From the NCBI GenBank assembly GCA_949127735.1, contig CASBPX010000109.1, positions 19,627-83,626 on the forward strand: DNA of 64,000 nucleotides, in the 5' to 3' direction. This document shows, piece after piece, positions 36,413 through 45,986 of this stretch. Positions within the stretch are counted from its first letter, which is position 1; each line of letters begins with the position of its first letter. The stretch comes from Candidatus Obscuribacterales bacterium (GTDB lineage: Bacteria; Cyanobacteriota; Vampirovibrionia; Obscuribacterales; Obscuribacteraceae). The position numbers and the translations under genes were made by a program. Below the pieces are notes generated by a model, which made no database searches, was not told the DNA's origin, and was given only the letters and a program-made list of their open reading frames with translations.

Positions 36413-38533
36413 TTAATAAGGCGACCTGACATCCATGTCAGACCGGCGGTCTTTCAGGGTTTGCAAAAACGCCGGCGGAAAGACTTCGTCATTGACAGTT
36501 AAGATTTTCAGGTTTTTAAAATTCACCAGCGTAGGTAGAGATTTTGGTGTTAAGCCTCGACAGCGTTGAATATCTAATTCATTTAGTGCCTTTAGATTCG
36601 TCAGTTTTTTCAACTGATTATCTGTCATTTCATTCTCTCTGATGTTGAGAAACATCAGCTCTTTAAGTTTAGATATCAGCTCATAGTCACTTTCACCGAT
36701 ATCGCATATCGGAACACTCAGGCTCCTTAACTTTTGTTTCGCCACCAGCGCCTTCAGCAGGTTGGTCAGCTGTGGTTTAGAATCAAGTTCCAGACCCTTT
36801 ATTCTTCTCCACATTTGGAGCGGTGCCAGAGCATCACCAGTTATGGCAGTCTCAGCAAGATTCAATTGAACAAAATCTGGAACTTTGTCAATCCATTTTA
36901 AATCGGAATTCTGTATCTCTTTTTCTTTCCTGAAATCGAGTTGCTCTAAACCTCGGATTTTGCAAATGTAATCGCCGACATGAGGGTGGTTCTTTGGCAG
37001 ATCTCTGATGCACAGAATCTTTATTTCGTTTGGTCGAAAAAATTTGAGTAATTCAGGATAGTTTGCAATGGAGAGTCCTGTGTCAAGGCGAATGAACGCG
37101 CCATTGGGAATGATCATTTTGCCCAGGGCAAGGCCTCGAAACTCACGTTGACCGCTTCTTTGAAATGAAATTGTGCCGAGTGAAAAATTTTCTGGAAAAT
37201 CAAATTGGAGAAAATTTTGTCCTCTTACCGTGATGGCATGACTGTACGGTTTTTTATTTTTCGCCAAAAATTGTTTAACCCGATCGCTCTCAGTTTTGGA
37301 AATTTTGTGTATTTCGGGTGATAGACTTTTGTCGAGAAGGCCAGCACCGACTTTACCAATCTCCCGCAGACCAGCTTTATCATCTATGGCATCTGCCGAA
37401 GTGTCACGCGGCAAACCATTGCCTGTGAAGGCGGTTTTCAGCGGAGGGCTATTTTTTGCGGCTATTTCGCCTTGATGTTTTTGGTCAAAATAGAAGGCAA
37501 CGTAGGCTAGGGCTGCAATTAAAATTACAGCGATGGGAATGCTAACAATCACTAGTTGCTTTTTTTTATCAATCTCGTCCTTTAGAGTTTCGTCAATTGC
37601 GGTAGTGGGTTCAGCGATTTTAAGGTTGGTAGATTTGCGGACGCTATTTTCTTTGCCTGTTTTTAAGCTCTTCAATTGCTCTGCCACATCATAAAGAGAT
37701 GATGGACGATCTTCTGGGTCTTTGCTCATTAAGTTTGCCACTATGGCTTCGAGAGCGGGCGGAAATGAAGTATTTATCGCTGTCTCACTCATAGACGGAG
37801 GAATGACCGACTGGTGCAAAGCAACTGTTTCGATAGCGCTTTTGCCGAGTAAAGGCGGTTTGCCGGTGAGCGCTTGAAACATGGTGACGCCCACAGAATA
37901 CATGTCGGTTCGGTAGTCGACTTTTTGACCGAGCGATTGCTCGGGGCTCATGTAAAGTGGGCTGCCGAAGACTTCACCCGGTTTGGTTAAACCCTGATGA
38001 ACATTGGTATCGTACGACAATAATTTGGCAATGCCGAAATCAACAAGCTTGACCTGGCCTGTGCCAAACAAAATCATGATGTTGCCCGGCTTGATATCGC
38101 GATGAATAATGCCGCGGTCATGAGCGTAACCAAGGCCATTACAAATTTGCTCAAAAATGGGCAAAGCATCGTCCACTGACAGTCGACCGTTTTCATCAAG
38201 TCGATCGGCCAGTGATTCGCCCTGAAGATAATCCATGGTATAGAACGGTAATCCGCCTGCCGTCTGGCTCATATCGTAAATTTTGATGATATTGAGGTGA
38301 TCGACTCTGGCAATGGCCTGAGCTTCAGTGCGAAATCTTTGCCATACTTCCGCTGATACCTGGTCTTGCTGCAACACTTTCATGGCTAGAATTTTTGCCA
38401 GAATCAGATGTTCGACTTTGAAGACCCTACCCATGCCGCCCTGGCCGATAAGACCCAAAATTTTGTAAGTGCCGGCGACAATAGCTCCAATCTCAAATGT
38501 TTCATTATTTTGGCCAGGCATCTGGGAATTCAT
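36413..38533 (-). CDS. Receptor-type Ser/Thr kinase: N-terminal Hanks kinase, one TM helix, C-terminal leucine-rich repeats (paralogue 1)
   Basis: GQGGMGRVFKV, AMKVL, HRDIKPGN, DFGIAK, SPEQ. TM helix IVSIPIAVILIAALAYVAFYF. Juxtamembrane AKNKKPY...FDFPENFSLGTISF. LRRs (LxxLxxLxL..C/N). Confidence 0.9.
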   Translation of the reverse strand: MNSQMPGQNNETFEIGAIVAGTYKILGLIGQGGMGRVFKVEHLILAKILAMKVLQQDQVSAEVWQRFRTEAQAIARVDHLNIIKIYDMSQTAGGLPFYTMDYLQGESLADRLDENGRLSVDDALPIFEQICNGLGYAHDRGIIHRDIKPGNIMILFGTGQVKLVDFGIAKLLSYDTNVHQGLTKPGEVFGSPLYMSPEQSLGQKVDYRTDMYSVGVTMFQALTGKPPLLGKSAIETVALHQSVIPPSMSETAINTSFPPALEAIVANLMSKDPEDRPSSLYDVAEQLKSLKTGKENSVRKSTNLKIAEPTTAIDETLKDEIDKKKQLVIVSIPIAVILIAALAYVAFYFDQKHQGEIAAKNSPPLKTAFTGNGLPRDTSADAIDDKAGLREIGKVGAGLLDKSLSPEIHKISKTESDRVKQFLAKNKKPYSHAITVRGQNFLQFDFPENFSLGTISFQRSGQREFRGLALGKMIIPNGAFIRLDTGLSIANYPELLKFFRPNEIKILCIRDLPKNHPHVGDYICKIRGLEQLDFRKEKEIQNSDLKWIDKVPDFVQLNLAETAITGDALAPLQMWRRIKGLELDSKPQLTNLLKALVAKQKLRSLSVPICDIGESDYELISKLKELMFLNIRENEMTDNQLKKLTNLKALNELDIQRCRGLTPKSLPTLVNFKNLKILTVNDEVFPPAFLQTLKDRRSDMDVRSPY

Positions 38534-38612
38534 TTTTTATGTACTGAGCTTCAGTGTTCATGCGAAAATAACCTCAACAGTATAAGCCAGTATTTTTAAT
38601 TGGAGTCGTTTT

Positions 38613-40580
38613 TTGCTGGATGCGGCTAACCCACAGTTAAAAGTTGGTGGTCTCATAGATGGCACGTATACCGTGCTTGAATTTGTGGGCCAGGGTGCCA
38701 TGGGCACCGTTTACAAGGTCGAACATAAGGCTCTCAATCGAGTGCTGGCACTCAAAATTTTGCGCGTTGAGAATCTCACCTCAAGTGTCTGGAAGCGATT
38801 TCAGCTTGAGGGCAAAGCTATTGCCAGAATTGAGCACCCTAATGTAATCAAGATTTATGACCTCAATAAGACCGAAGATGGTCAAGCTTATTACACAATG
38901 GAGTTTCTCTCAGGACTTTCTATGGGAGATTATCTGGCGGCCAATGGCCGTTTTGCTCTAGTCGACGCCCTACCAATATTTCGGCAAGTATGCAGCGGCC
39001 TTCAAAGTGCCCATGATTCTGGCATTATTCACCGTGATATCAAACCCGGCAATATCATGCTTGTTAAAGATCGGCCTTCCTTGCCGATTTCGCAATGCAC
39101 GGCAAAAATTGTTGATTTTGGCATTGTCAAAATTGCCGACAGCACTCATTTGAGCACTCTTGCTTTAACCAGACCTGGTGAGATTTTTGGCACGCCATTT
39201 TACATGAGCCCTGAGCAGTGTGCTGGTAGTCACCTTGATCAGCGCAGTGATGTTTATTCGCTGGGAGTGACATTCTTTCAGGCTCTGACCGGTAAGCCGC
39301 CTTTGTCTGGTCGTAACGCTGTAGAAACTACACTGCTTCACCACACCACGGTGCCGCTTTCGCTTAACGAGACTGTGGGTGAGCAGTTATATCCAGCCGG
39401 GCTGGAAGATATTATCGCTAAAATGCTGGAGAAGGCTCCGGAAGATCGCTACCCATCAATGGCTGAAGTGGAAGATGCATTGCTTGCTGTGAGCGACATG
39501 CCTGCAAGAAAATCTGCTCGTCGAATGGTGACAGCGGCTGCCGTGAAGAGCGAGACCTCTGGCAATACACAGTCGCAAACTCAAACACGCTCTTTCAAAA
39601 TTTTCAGCAAAATGTTTGTGCTACTGCTCTCTTTTTTAATTGTTGGCATTGCATTAGTAAGCATTCTGGCTGGAACTTTGTTTTCGACGAAACCTGCGCG
39701 CACTACAAAAATTATAGACACCGTTAATGGTGGCGAAAAATATCTTCCGGGCAAAGAATTATCAAGCACTGATTTAGCTCTGGCGCGGCAGTATATCGCT
39801 ACCAAGCCAAAACCGTATATGCAGTCTCAAACAGCGACGGCACGTATTTTTAATTTTCCCGAAACATTTTCACTTGGCGATATCAGTACCCAGAACGGAT
39901 TTACCAACACGTTCATTCGCGAAGCTCGCGGCCAAATGCATTTACCGCGTTATGGTTTAACAAAATTGGATGCAAATCCTGTTGTCTTACTAGAACCAAA
40001 GCTGGTGGAATATTTTGCGCCATCAAGTTTAGATTGGTTTTCGGTTGAGGGCCTAAATCGGTCTGCTACACAGCTCACCAGAAGTCTTTCTCAAATAAAA
40101 TCACTGCAGTATCTTGAGCTTAGAAATTGCGATTTACTTGAAAGTGATTTACCCTACATCGAAAAGCTTGAACATCTAAGATTGTTGGATGTGCGATTTT
40201 CGGGCCTGGATGGAAGGAAACTGGCCAAACTCAGCAACTTGAAGCAGCTCAAAATTTTGTGCATTGATGGTAGCCCTAATGTCGCCCCCGTGCTTAAAGA
40301 ACTTGTTTCGGCGAACAAAATTGAAGTGCTATCGCTGAGTGGTTGCATATTAGATCAAGCCGATTTTTCCACAATTGCGCGTATGAAAAAACTGACCAAT
40401 TTGTATTTGCGCAATACCTCACTAAACGATAAAAGTCTGGCCGAGTTAACTTGTCTTGATCTAAGCACCTTAAACATCATTGGCTGCGATAAGCTCAGCG
40501 TGAAATCAACTGCCTTGTTGAAGAAATTCAAGCACATGAAAGATTTATCCCTGCCTACTGTTCAACCTTGGAATTATTAG
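38613..40580 (+). CDS. Receptor-type Ser/Thr kinase with C-terminal leucine-rich repeats (paralogue 2)
   Basis: GQGAMGTVYKV, ALKIL, HRDIKPGN, DFGIVK, SPEQ. TM helix MFVLLLSFLIVGIALVSILAGTLF. ATKPKPY...FNFPETFSLGDIS. LRRs. TTG start, divergent from paralogue 1 with a 79-bp spacer. Confidence 0.88.
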   Translation: MLDAANPQLKVGGLIDGTYTVLEFVGQGAMGTVYKVEHKALNRVLALKILRVENLTSSVWKRFQLEGKAIARIEHPNVIKIYDLNKTEDGQAYYTMEFLSGLSMGDYLAANGRFALVDALPIFRQVCSGLQSAHDSGIIHRDIKPGNIMLVKDRPSLPISQCTAKIVDFGIVKIADSTHLSTLALTRPGEIFGTPFYMSPEQCAGSHLDQRSDVYSLGVTFFQALTGKPPLSGRNAVETTLLHHTTVPLSLNETVGEQLYPAGLEDIIAKMLEKAPEDRYPSMAEVEDALLAVSDMPARKSARRMVTAAAVKSETSGNTQSQTQTRSFKIFSKMFVLLLSFLIVGIALVSILAGTLFSTKPARTTKIIDTVNGGEKYLPGKELSSTDLALARQYIATKPKPYMQSQTATARIFNFPETFSLGDISTQNGFTNTFIREARGQMHLPRYGLTKLDANPVVLLEPKLVEYFAPSSLDWFSVEGLNRSATQLTRSLSQIKSLQYLELRNCDLLESDLPYIEKLEHLRLLDVRFSGLDGRKLAKLSNLKQLKILCIDGSPNVAPVLKELVSANKIEVLSLSGCILDQADFSTIARMKKLTNLYLRNTSLNDKSLAELTCLDLSTLNIIGCDKLSVKSTALLKKFKHMKDLSLPTVQPWNY

Positions 40581-40714
40581 CTTGGAATGATTAAGGCTGC
40601 TGTCAAGAGCCCGCGAATGCAAATACTTAGTTAGCATCTCAGTGCCCGCCGAGCCATTCGCGTTAGCATATAACCTGCTGATTTTAAGAACAGCTAGTTG
40701 CAAGGAGATTGATC

Positions 40715-41638
40715 ATGCGCCATCCCAACGTTCCCGAGTCTTTGGAAGGTTGGTGGATACTCCACCGTATGTTTGCAGTAGACCGACTTTTTTGGGACGA
40801 GCTGGAGCAGGAAGAGCGCGAAGAAATCGTTCGCGAGGCTACCGTTGCGCTTTCAACCCTGCAGAAAGGTGAGAACACTGACATTGGCTTTGCTCAGATG
40901 CTTGGGCACAGAGCTGACTTGATGCTCACGCACTACAGCAAAGATTATGAAGGCCTTGCTCACGCACAAACTGTTGTAGATAAACTGCGCCTCTCTAATT
41001 TTCTCACTCCTGTTTCATCGTATGTTTCAGTTCTTGAATTAGGTCTCTATGAAGCCACAGGCAAAATACATGCCACTCTGGCTGAGCAAGGCCTCAAGGC
41101 GAACTCGCCTGAGTGGATTGCTGCCTTTGACGAGAAAGTTGCAGAGCAAGAGAAAATTCCTCATTTTGGTGGTCGCCTCTGGGCGCGCATTCCACAACGT
41201 CGTTATGTTTGCTTTTACCCAATGGATAAAAAGCGCGGCGAACAAGTTAACTGGTACACGCTTCCTTATGAAGAGCGCGGCAAGTTGATGATTGAACACG
41301 GCAAAATCGGTAGAACTTATGCTGGTCTTGTAACGCAAGTGATCTCTGGTTCTATCGGTTTCGACAAAAACGAGTGGGGCGTAGATCTTTATGCTGACGA
41401 TCCGATGGTCTTCAAAAAATTGATTTACGAAATGCGCTTTGATGAAGCTAGCTCCAAATATGGTGACTTCGGCGATTTCTATTCGGGCGTACAGTTCTCA
41501 CTCGATCAGCTGGCAACATATTTAGACGGTACTGCCGTGCCGGCACTCAATGTGCTGGAACCAGCCGGTGGCGGCCGTCCTGGCGCCAGACCAGAAGGCA
41601 GACCAGAAGGTAGACCAGAAGCAGCTACGAGACCTTAG
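40715..41638 (+). CDS. hemQ: Chlorite-dismutase-family coproheme decarboxylase (HemQ/ChdC)
   Basis: AAGGAG RBS. GWWILHRMF, YVCFYPMDKKR, NWY.LPYEERGKLM.EHG.IGR.Y, QVISGSIGFD..EWGVDLYADDP..FKKLIYEMRFDE.S. C-terminal RPEGRPEGRPE repeat. Confidence 0.85.
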   Translation: MRHPNVPESLEGWWILHRMFAVDRLFWDELEQEEREEIVREATVALSTLQKGENTDIGFAQMLGHRADLMLTHYSKDYEGLAHAQTVVDKLRLSNFLTPVSSYVSVLELGLYEATGKIHATLAEQGLKANSPEWIAAFDEKVAEQEKIPHFGGRLWARIPQRRYVCFYPMDKKRGEQVNWYTLPYEERGKLMIEHGKIGRTYAGLVTQVISGSIGFDKNEWGVDLYADDPMVFKKLIYEMRFDEASSKYGDFGDFYSGVQFSLDQLATYLDGTAVPALNVLEPAGGGRPGARPEGRPEGRPEAATRP

Positions 41639-41654
41639 TTAGGCCGCACTTGGT

Positions 41655-43721
41655 TCAAAACTCTTCTTCGTCTTCAGTAATAAACGTCTTGGGCATTGCT
41701 TTTTGCAATCTTGCTATTTGCTCAGGTGTAAAATTTTCAAGAGGAATAACCAGTCGCTTCATATTCTTGAACCGCGGAAACACTGGCAGCACTTTGGTAT
41801 TCAAGCCACGTACTTCTCGAAGACATAGTTTGGTCAGATCAAGTTTTGTTAGTTCAACAATGTCTTGATTCGACATTTTGTTTTTACGCAGGTTCAGATG
41901 CTTGAGATGCGATAGTTCTGCTACCATCCTGTAGTCGTCTGCAGTTGGGTCGCAGCAAGCAATATTGAGAACTACGATATTTTGACTTTCTTTTAACGCT
42001 TTTAAAACTGGCGAAATGTTTTGCATGTGTTCTATTTCTAAAAATGCCAGTTTCCTCAAAAGCTTGCTTGCAGACAGGCCGTTAGCGGTGACATTCGTTC
42101 TGCTTATAGACAGCCTCTCGAGAGACGGCATTTTCTCAAGCCATTTTAAGTCACCATCGGTAACCTGAGAGTAATGCAAGTCTAGGGTTTGGAGGCCTGT
42201 TAGTCTTATAAGGTTTTGAGCCATTTGCTCGCGATTTTCGCTGACATTATTTAGGCCGAGCCCTTGCAATTCATTGGCACGAAAGAAGCGCAGCAGGTCA
42301 TAGTAGACTTTAGTTACGGGGCTGGCGTCTAGTCGCACCCTTGCTGTAACCGGCACCTCAACTACTCCTTGGGCTGGTACGACTTTTGCGCTCCTGCGGT
42401 CACCAAGGTTATAGGTAATCTTTCCTAGAGTAAAGTCACTAGGAAATTCGAAGTGCTTGTATTCTTTACCGTTCGCCTTATATCTGGTGCTTTACATTTT
42501 TTTGTTTTTTGCTAAGTATTCTTCGACTTTCTCCGCTTCAGGCAGTGGATCCTTTTTGTCGTATGCTAATGTTTCGTCCTTCTTATCTACTTTAGCTGCA
42601 GCCGCATCTAAATCATCTTGGTCTTTGAGAAGAAGCACACCTTCTGCATAAAGCGCTTTTATCTTGCTACCTTTTTCAACGTGGTTTGTTTGCTGATCCC
42701 AATACCAGTATGCTCCAGCTAAAGTTAGTAAACTTACCAATATAAGTGGAATATACAAAAATATGTGCTGCTTTTTTTCATCACCGTCAGTAGTATCAAA
42801 ATCTTCTTCCACCGGTTTTTTAATGGCGGTAGCATCTTTGGTCAGCCGCTTTCCCTGCGCCAGCGTTTTCAACTGTTCAGCAACATCGTAAAATGATAGA
42901 TAGCGCTCTTCTGGGTCTTTACTTAGAAGCCGCCGCACAATCAATTCCAGGTCGGGTGGAAAAGCAATGTCTGGAGCCACGTCTTTTAGTGCAGGAGGTG
43001 GCGCAGATTGATGTAGCGCGACCGTTTCAATGGCGCTTTTACCCAGCAGGGGAGGCCGTCCCGTCAAAATTTGAAACATGGTAACGCCCAGCGAATACAT
43101 GTCGGTACGGTAGTCGACTTTCTGGCCAACCGCCTGTTCCGGACTCATGTATAGAGGGCTACCAAATACTTCTCCAGGACGTGTTAAACCTTGCCCGACG
43201 TTTGTGTCGTACGACAATAATTTGGCAATACCAAAGTCGACAATTTTTACCTGTGGTCGCTTAGGGTCGCCCCCATGCAAAATCATTATATTGCCAGGCT
43301 TGATGTCGCGGTGAATAATTCCGCGATCGTGAGCGTAGCCAAGGCCGTTGCAGACCTGTTCGAAAATTAGTAGAGCTTCGGGTACAGGAATCAGTTCGAC
43401 GTCGTCAAGGCGCTCAGCCAGCGATTCGCCAGACAAAAATTCCATGGTGTAGAAAGGTAATCCGCTGGCGGTCTGACTCATGTCAAATATTTTGATAATG
43501 TTCGGATGGTCGACTCTGGCGATAGCTTGCGCCTCAGTGCGAAACCTTTGCGATACTTCCGGCGATACTTGCTCCTGGCGCAAAATTTTCATAGCTTGAA
43601 TTTTTGCCAGCACAATGTGCTCGACTTTGAACACCTGCCCCATTCCGCCCTGGCCAATGAACTCTAAGATTTTGTATGTTTCGGCAATTACCGAGCCAAT
43701 TTCAAACGATTCTTCGTTCAT
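41655..43721 (-). pseudogene. Receptor-type Ser/Thr kinase-LRR (paralogue 3) interrupted by one in-frame TAA
   Basis: ORFs 42492-43721 (kinase plus TM helix) and 41655-42356 (LRRs) are in the same frame. Translation through the TAA at 42492-42494 gives AKNKKM*STRYKANGKEYKHFEFPSDFTLGKITYNLG, collinear with AKNKKPY...FDFPENFSLGTISF of paralogue 1. Confidence 0.8.
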
Positions 43722-43741
43722 TCATTTGCACCGGCTGCAGC

Positions 43742-44215
43742 TCAGGAAAATTCGCCGGGATGAATTTGTGATTCTATTTGTTTATTTAAAAAAGTAGGAA
43801 ACCGATAATAGAGTTCGCCGTGGTCATTAACGTCAATTTGACAGACACCGGTTTGAGCAAGGCGTTCAAATGCGCTCTTAGTATCGGCAATACCGATGCC
43901 GCATTCGAGGGCCGCAGCAGAAATAGTTAGTGTGCCACCCTCGATTTTTGCGCGACTGAGAATCAGCTGTTCTTGTTTAATTTGACGTATCGCTCGCTTT
44001 TCTTTGAGCTTTACTTGCACTAGTTTGACACCGACAAAAACCAGGCCGGCTAGAAACGTAATCAGACCGACGTGATGCGCAACACCATACTTTGGATTGC
44101 CGGCGATGATTTCACCAGTGTAAGTGACGATTAAGCCGCCGCAAACCAATATGAGAAAAATTCCCAGGCACCAGAGAGTTGATTGAAAAAATTGTGAGAC
44201 GCCAGATTTATTCAA
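43742..44215 (-). CDS. Hypothetical two-TM membrane protein with small C-terminal soluble domain
   Basis: 157 aa. Stop lies 20 nt upstream of the paralogue-3 kinase start, so probably co-transcribed. Confidence 0.5.
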   Translation of the reverse strand: MNKSGVSQFFQSTLWCLGIFLILVCGGLIVTYTGEIIAGNPKYGVAHHVGLITFLAGLVFVGVKLVQVKLKEKRAIRQIKQEQLILSRAKIEGGTLTISAAALECGIGIADTKSAFERLAQTGVCQIDVNDHGELYYRFPTFLNKQIESQIHPGEFS

Positions 44216-44662
44216 ATGCTCGGCCTCGCTGTGAGTGCTCGCAAGGCATTATACGGCAATTTCGTACTCTACAACAGCTTCGTTTGTCTTCATAGTCAAG
44301 AACATCAGCAGTGCAAATTTAATGGGCTTTATTTTAGAAACTTGATCTTTTTTAGGCGCCAGACAGGGAGAACGGTATGTCACGCTTATGTCATTTTTAG
44401 CAAATAGACTAAAGTTGCGTTCCATTGAGAATGAGGTTTTTATGGCTGAACACAATTGTATCCCTGTTCCATCTCGCATGTTTCAAAGTCAAGCAGAGCT
44501 ATCAAGCGGCGGCGCCTTAAGTAAGGACGACGATAAATTTTGGATTCCCGCTAAATTGCGCGCCCTGACTAATGCTCGTGACCGTGCGTCGAATCTGGCC
44601 GCGGTATTCAGCCCAGATTTGGAAAGTGGAGATAGCCTGTTAATCAGCAATCAATAAACAAA

Positions 44663-45904
44663 TCAGTCAGCAGGTGGTGGATCAACAATTGCGCCAAGGA
44701 ATAAAATCGCATTTGTTTTGCTGTCGCGAATAGCTACAACAAAAGGACGATCGCAAACCATTTCGAATGGTGGCTCAGGCTCGGCTGGTGCGCTGGTGAC
44801 GCTCATTTCTACAGCAGTGGCTGCGGCTGCTTCTGTGCCTTTTTCGTTGACTTCCAGATAAGTTTTATGCAAAACGCGCGAAATTACTGATGGCTCTTTG
44901 GTCATGTTTTTGAAGTCGGCGCAGGAGTCTTCAAAAGCGCAGGGCATGCCTGCTTCTTTGAGCACTTTGCTTAACTCGGTTTTGTATTCAACTTTAAATC
45001 GCGGTAGACCGAGATGTCCCTCTTTTTTGCCAAACTGTTCGCTCCAATTCTTCAGATTTTCTTCAGTAAAGCTGGCTACTAAAGCATTTATATCTGACTT
45101 CTGATCAGGCAAAAAGACGCACATCTGCAGGCGCTTATCTTTGTAAGGCAACATCACAGCCTGGAAATTTTTACCTTTTAAATAATGCATCTTGTCTGAG
45201 CGATTCATTATTTGAATTTGTTTTTTAGCGCCACCTGCAACGGTAAATTCCGCAGCTTGCGTTTGATCTTTGACAAATTCATCGAGCCACATGCCCTTAA
45301 AATACACGGCATTGACTAAATATAAAATGGCTGCTTGCGGAACTTGATCGATAATTGTGGGAATTTTCCCTTTAGTGTTGTCTTTAACCCAATTATTGAT
45401 TTTATCGAGCGTGGTGGCATCTGCAAAATCAAGAGTTTCAAGTTTGGCACCAAAATATTTTTGATTGGTGTTCGTAAACGACTTTTCAAATGCGAAGTCT
45501 TTATTGGCAAACAAGGCATTCGCCACAGTCAGCTCGCTCACCGGATTAACATGCATCAAACTCTTGTAGAGACTGGCATTTTGTTCATTGACAGCATCGT
45601 CAGTAATGCCGGCGTAACCTAATACTTCTTGCATTTGTGTTTTGGTTTTACCCACAGCGCCGTTGTAGACCATAGAGAGCGCTGTACTGACGCTGTATGG
45701 AGAAATGACCACATTTGTTTCAGGCGATGCGGCAGCAAGTTTGAAGAAGTTAGAGGCAAATTTTTCAGACACTTTTAAATTCACGGTGTCATCTTCACTG
45801 CTTGATTGATCTATTTGAGATTGTCCTGGCGAAGCGCATGCGACAAGACAAATTGATACCAGTGAAAGGGCCGTGGCGGTGCAGGCATACAAGAATGGAC
45901 GCAC
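44663..45904 (-). CDS. Serpin (serine protease inhibitor), predicted lipoprotein
   Basis: Lipobox LVAC after a signal peptide. Serpin core (ISPYSVSTALSMVYNGA, AILYLVNAVYFKGMW). Inhibitory-type hinge EKGTEAAAATAVEM. C-terminal FVCDRPF-like motif (MVCDRPFVVAIRD). Confidence 0.9.
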   Translation of the reverse strand: MRPFLYACTATALSLVSICLVACASPGQSQIDQSSSEDDTVNLKVSEKFASNFFKLAAASPETNVVISPYSVSTALSMVYNGAVGKTKTQMQEVLGYAGITDDAVNEQNASLYKSLMHVNPVSELTVANALFANKDFAFEKSFTNTNQKYFGAKLETLDFADATTLDKINNWVKDNTKGKIPTIIDQVPQAAILYLVNAVYFKGMWLDEFVKDQTQAAEFTVAGGAKKQIQIMNRSDKMHYLKGKNFQAVMLPYKDKRLQMCVFLPDQKSDINALVASFTEENLKNWSEQFGKKEGHLGLPRFKVEYKTELSKVLKEAGMPCAFEDSCADFKNMTKEPSVISRVLHKTYLEVNEKGTEAAAATAVEMSVTSAPAEPEPPFEMVCDRPFVVAIRDSKTNAILFLGAIVDPPPAD

Positions 45905-45986
45905 TGTGTATCCTCTTTAAAAGTGAAACTTGATAAGCATATCAAGGATGTTATTATTGCGCAAACCTGCTCGCTTGAGATTCGCA

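Noticed and set aside
36180-36416. 78-aa ORF downstream of higA with a signal-like segment
   Set aside because: It has only a non-ATG start and overlaps the higA end and the kinase stop. There is no family signal, so support is insufficient.
44388-44657. 89-aa ORF (possible ATG at 44442 after GAGG) between the membrane protein and the serpin
   Set aside because: No recognisable domain, and coding cannot be separated from chance. Left unannotated.
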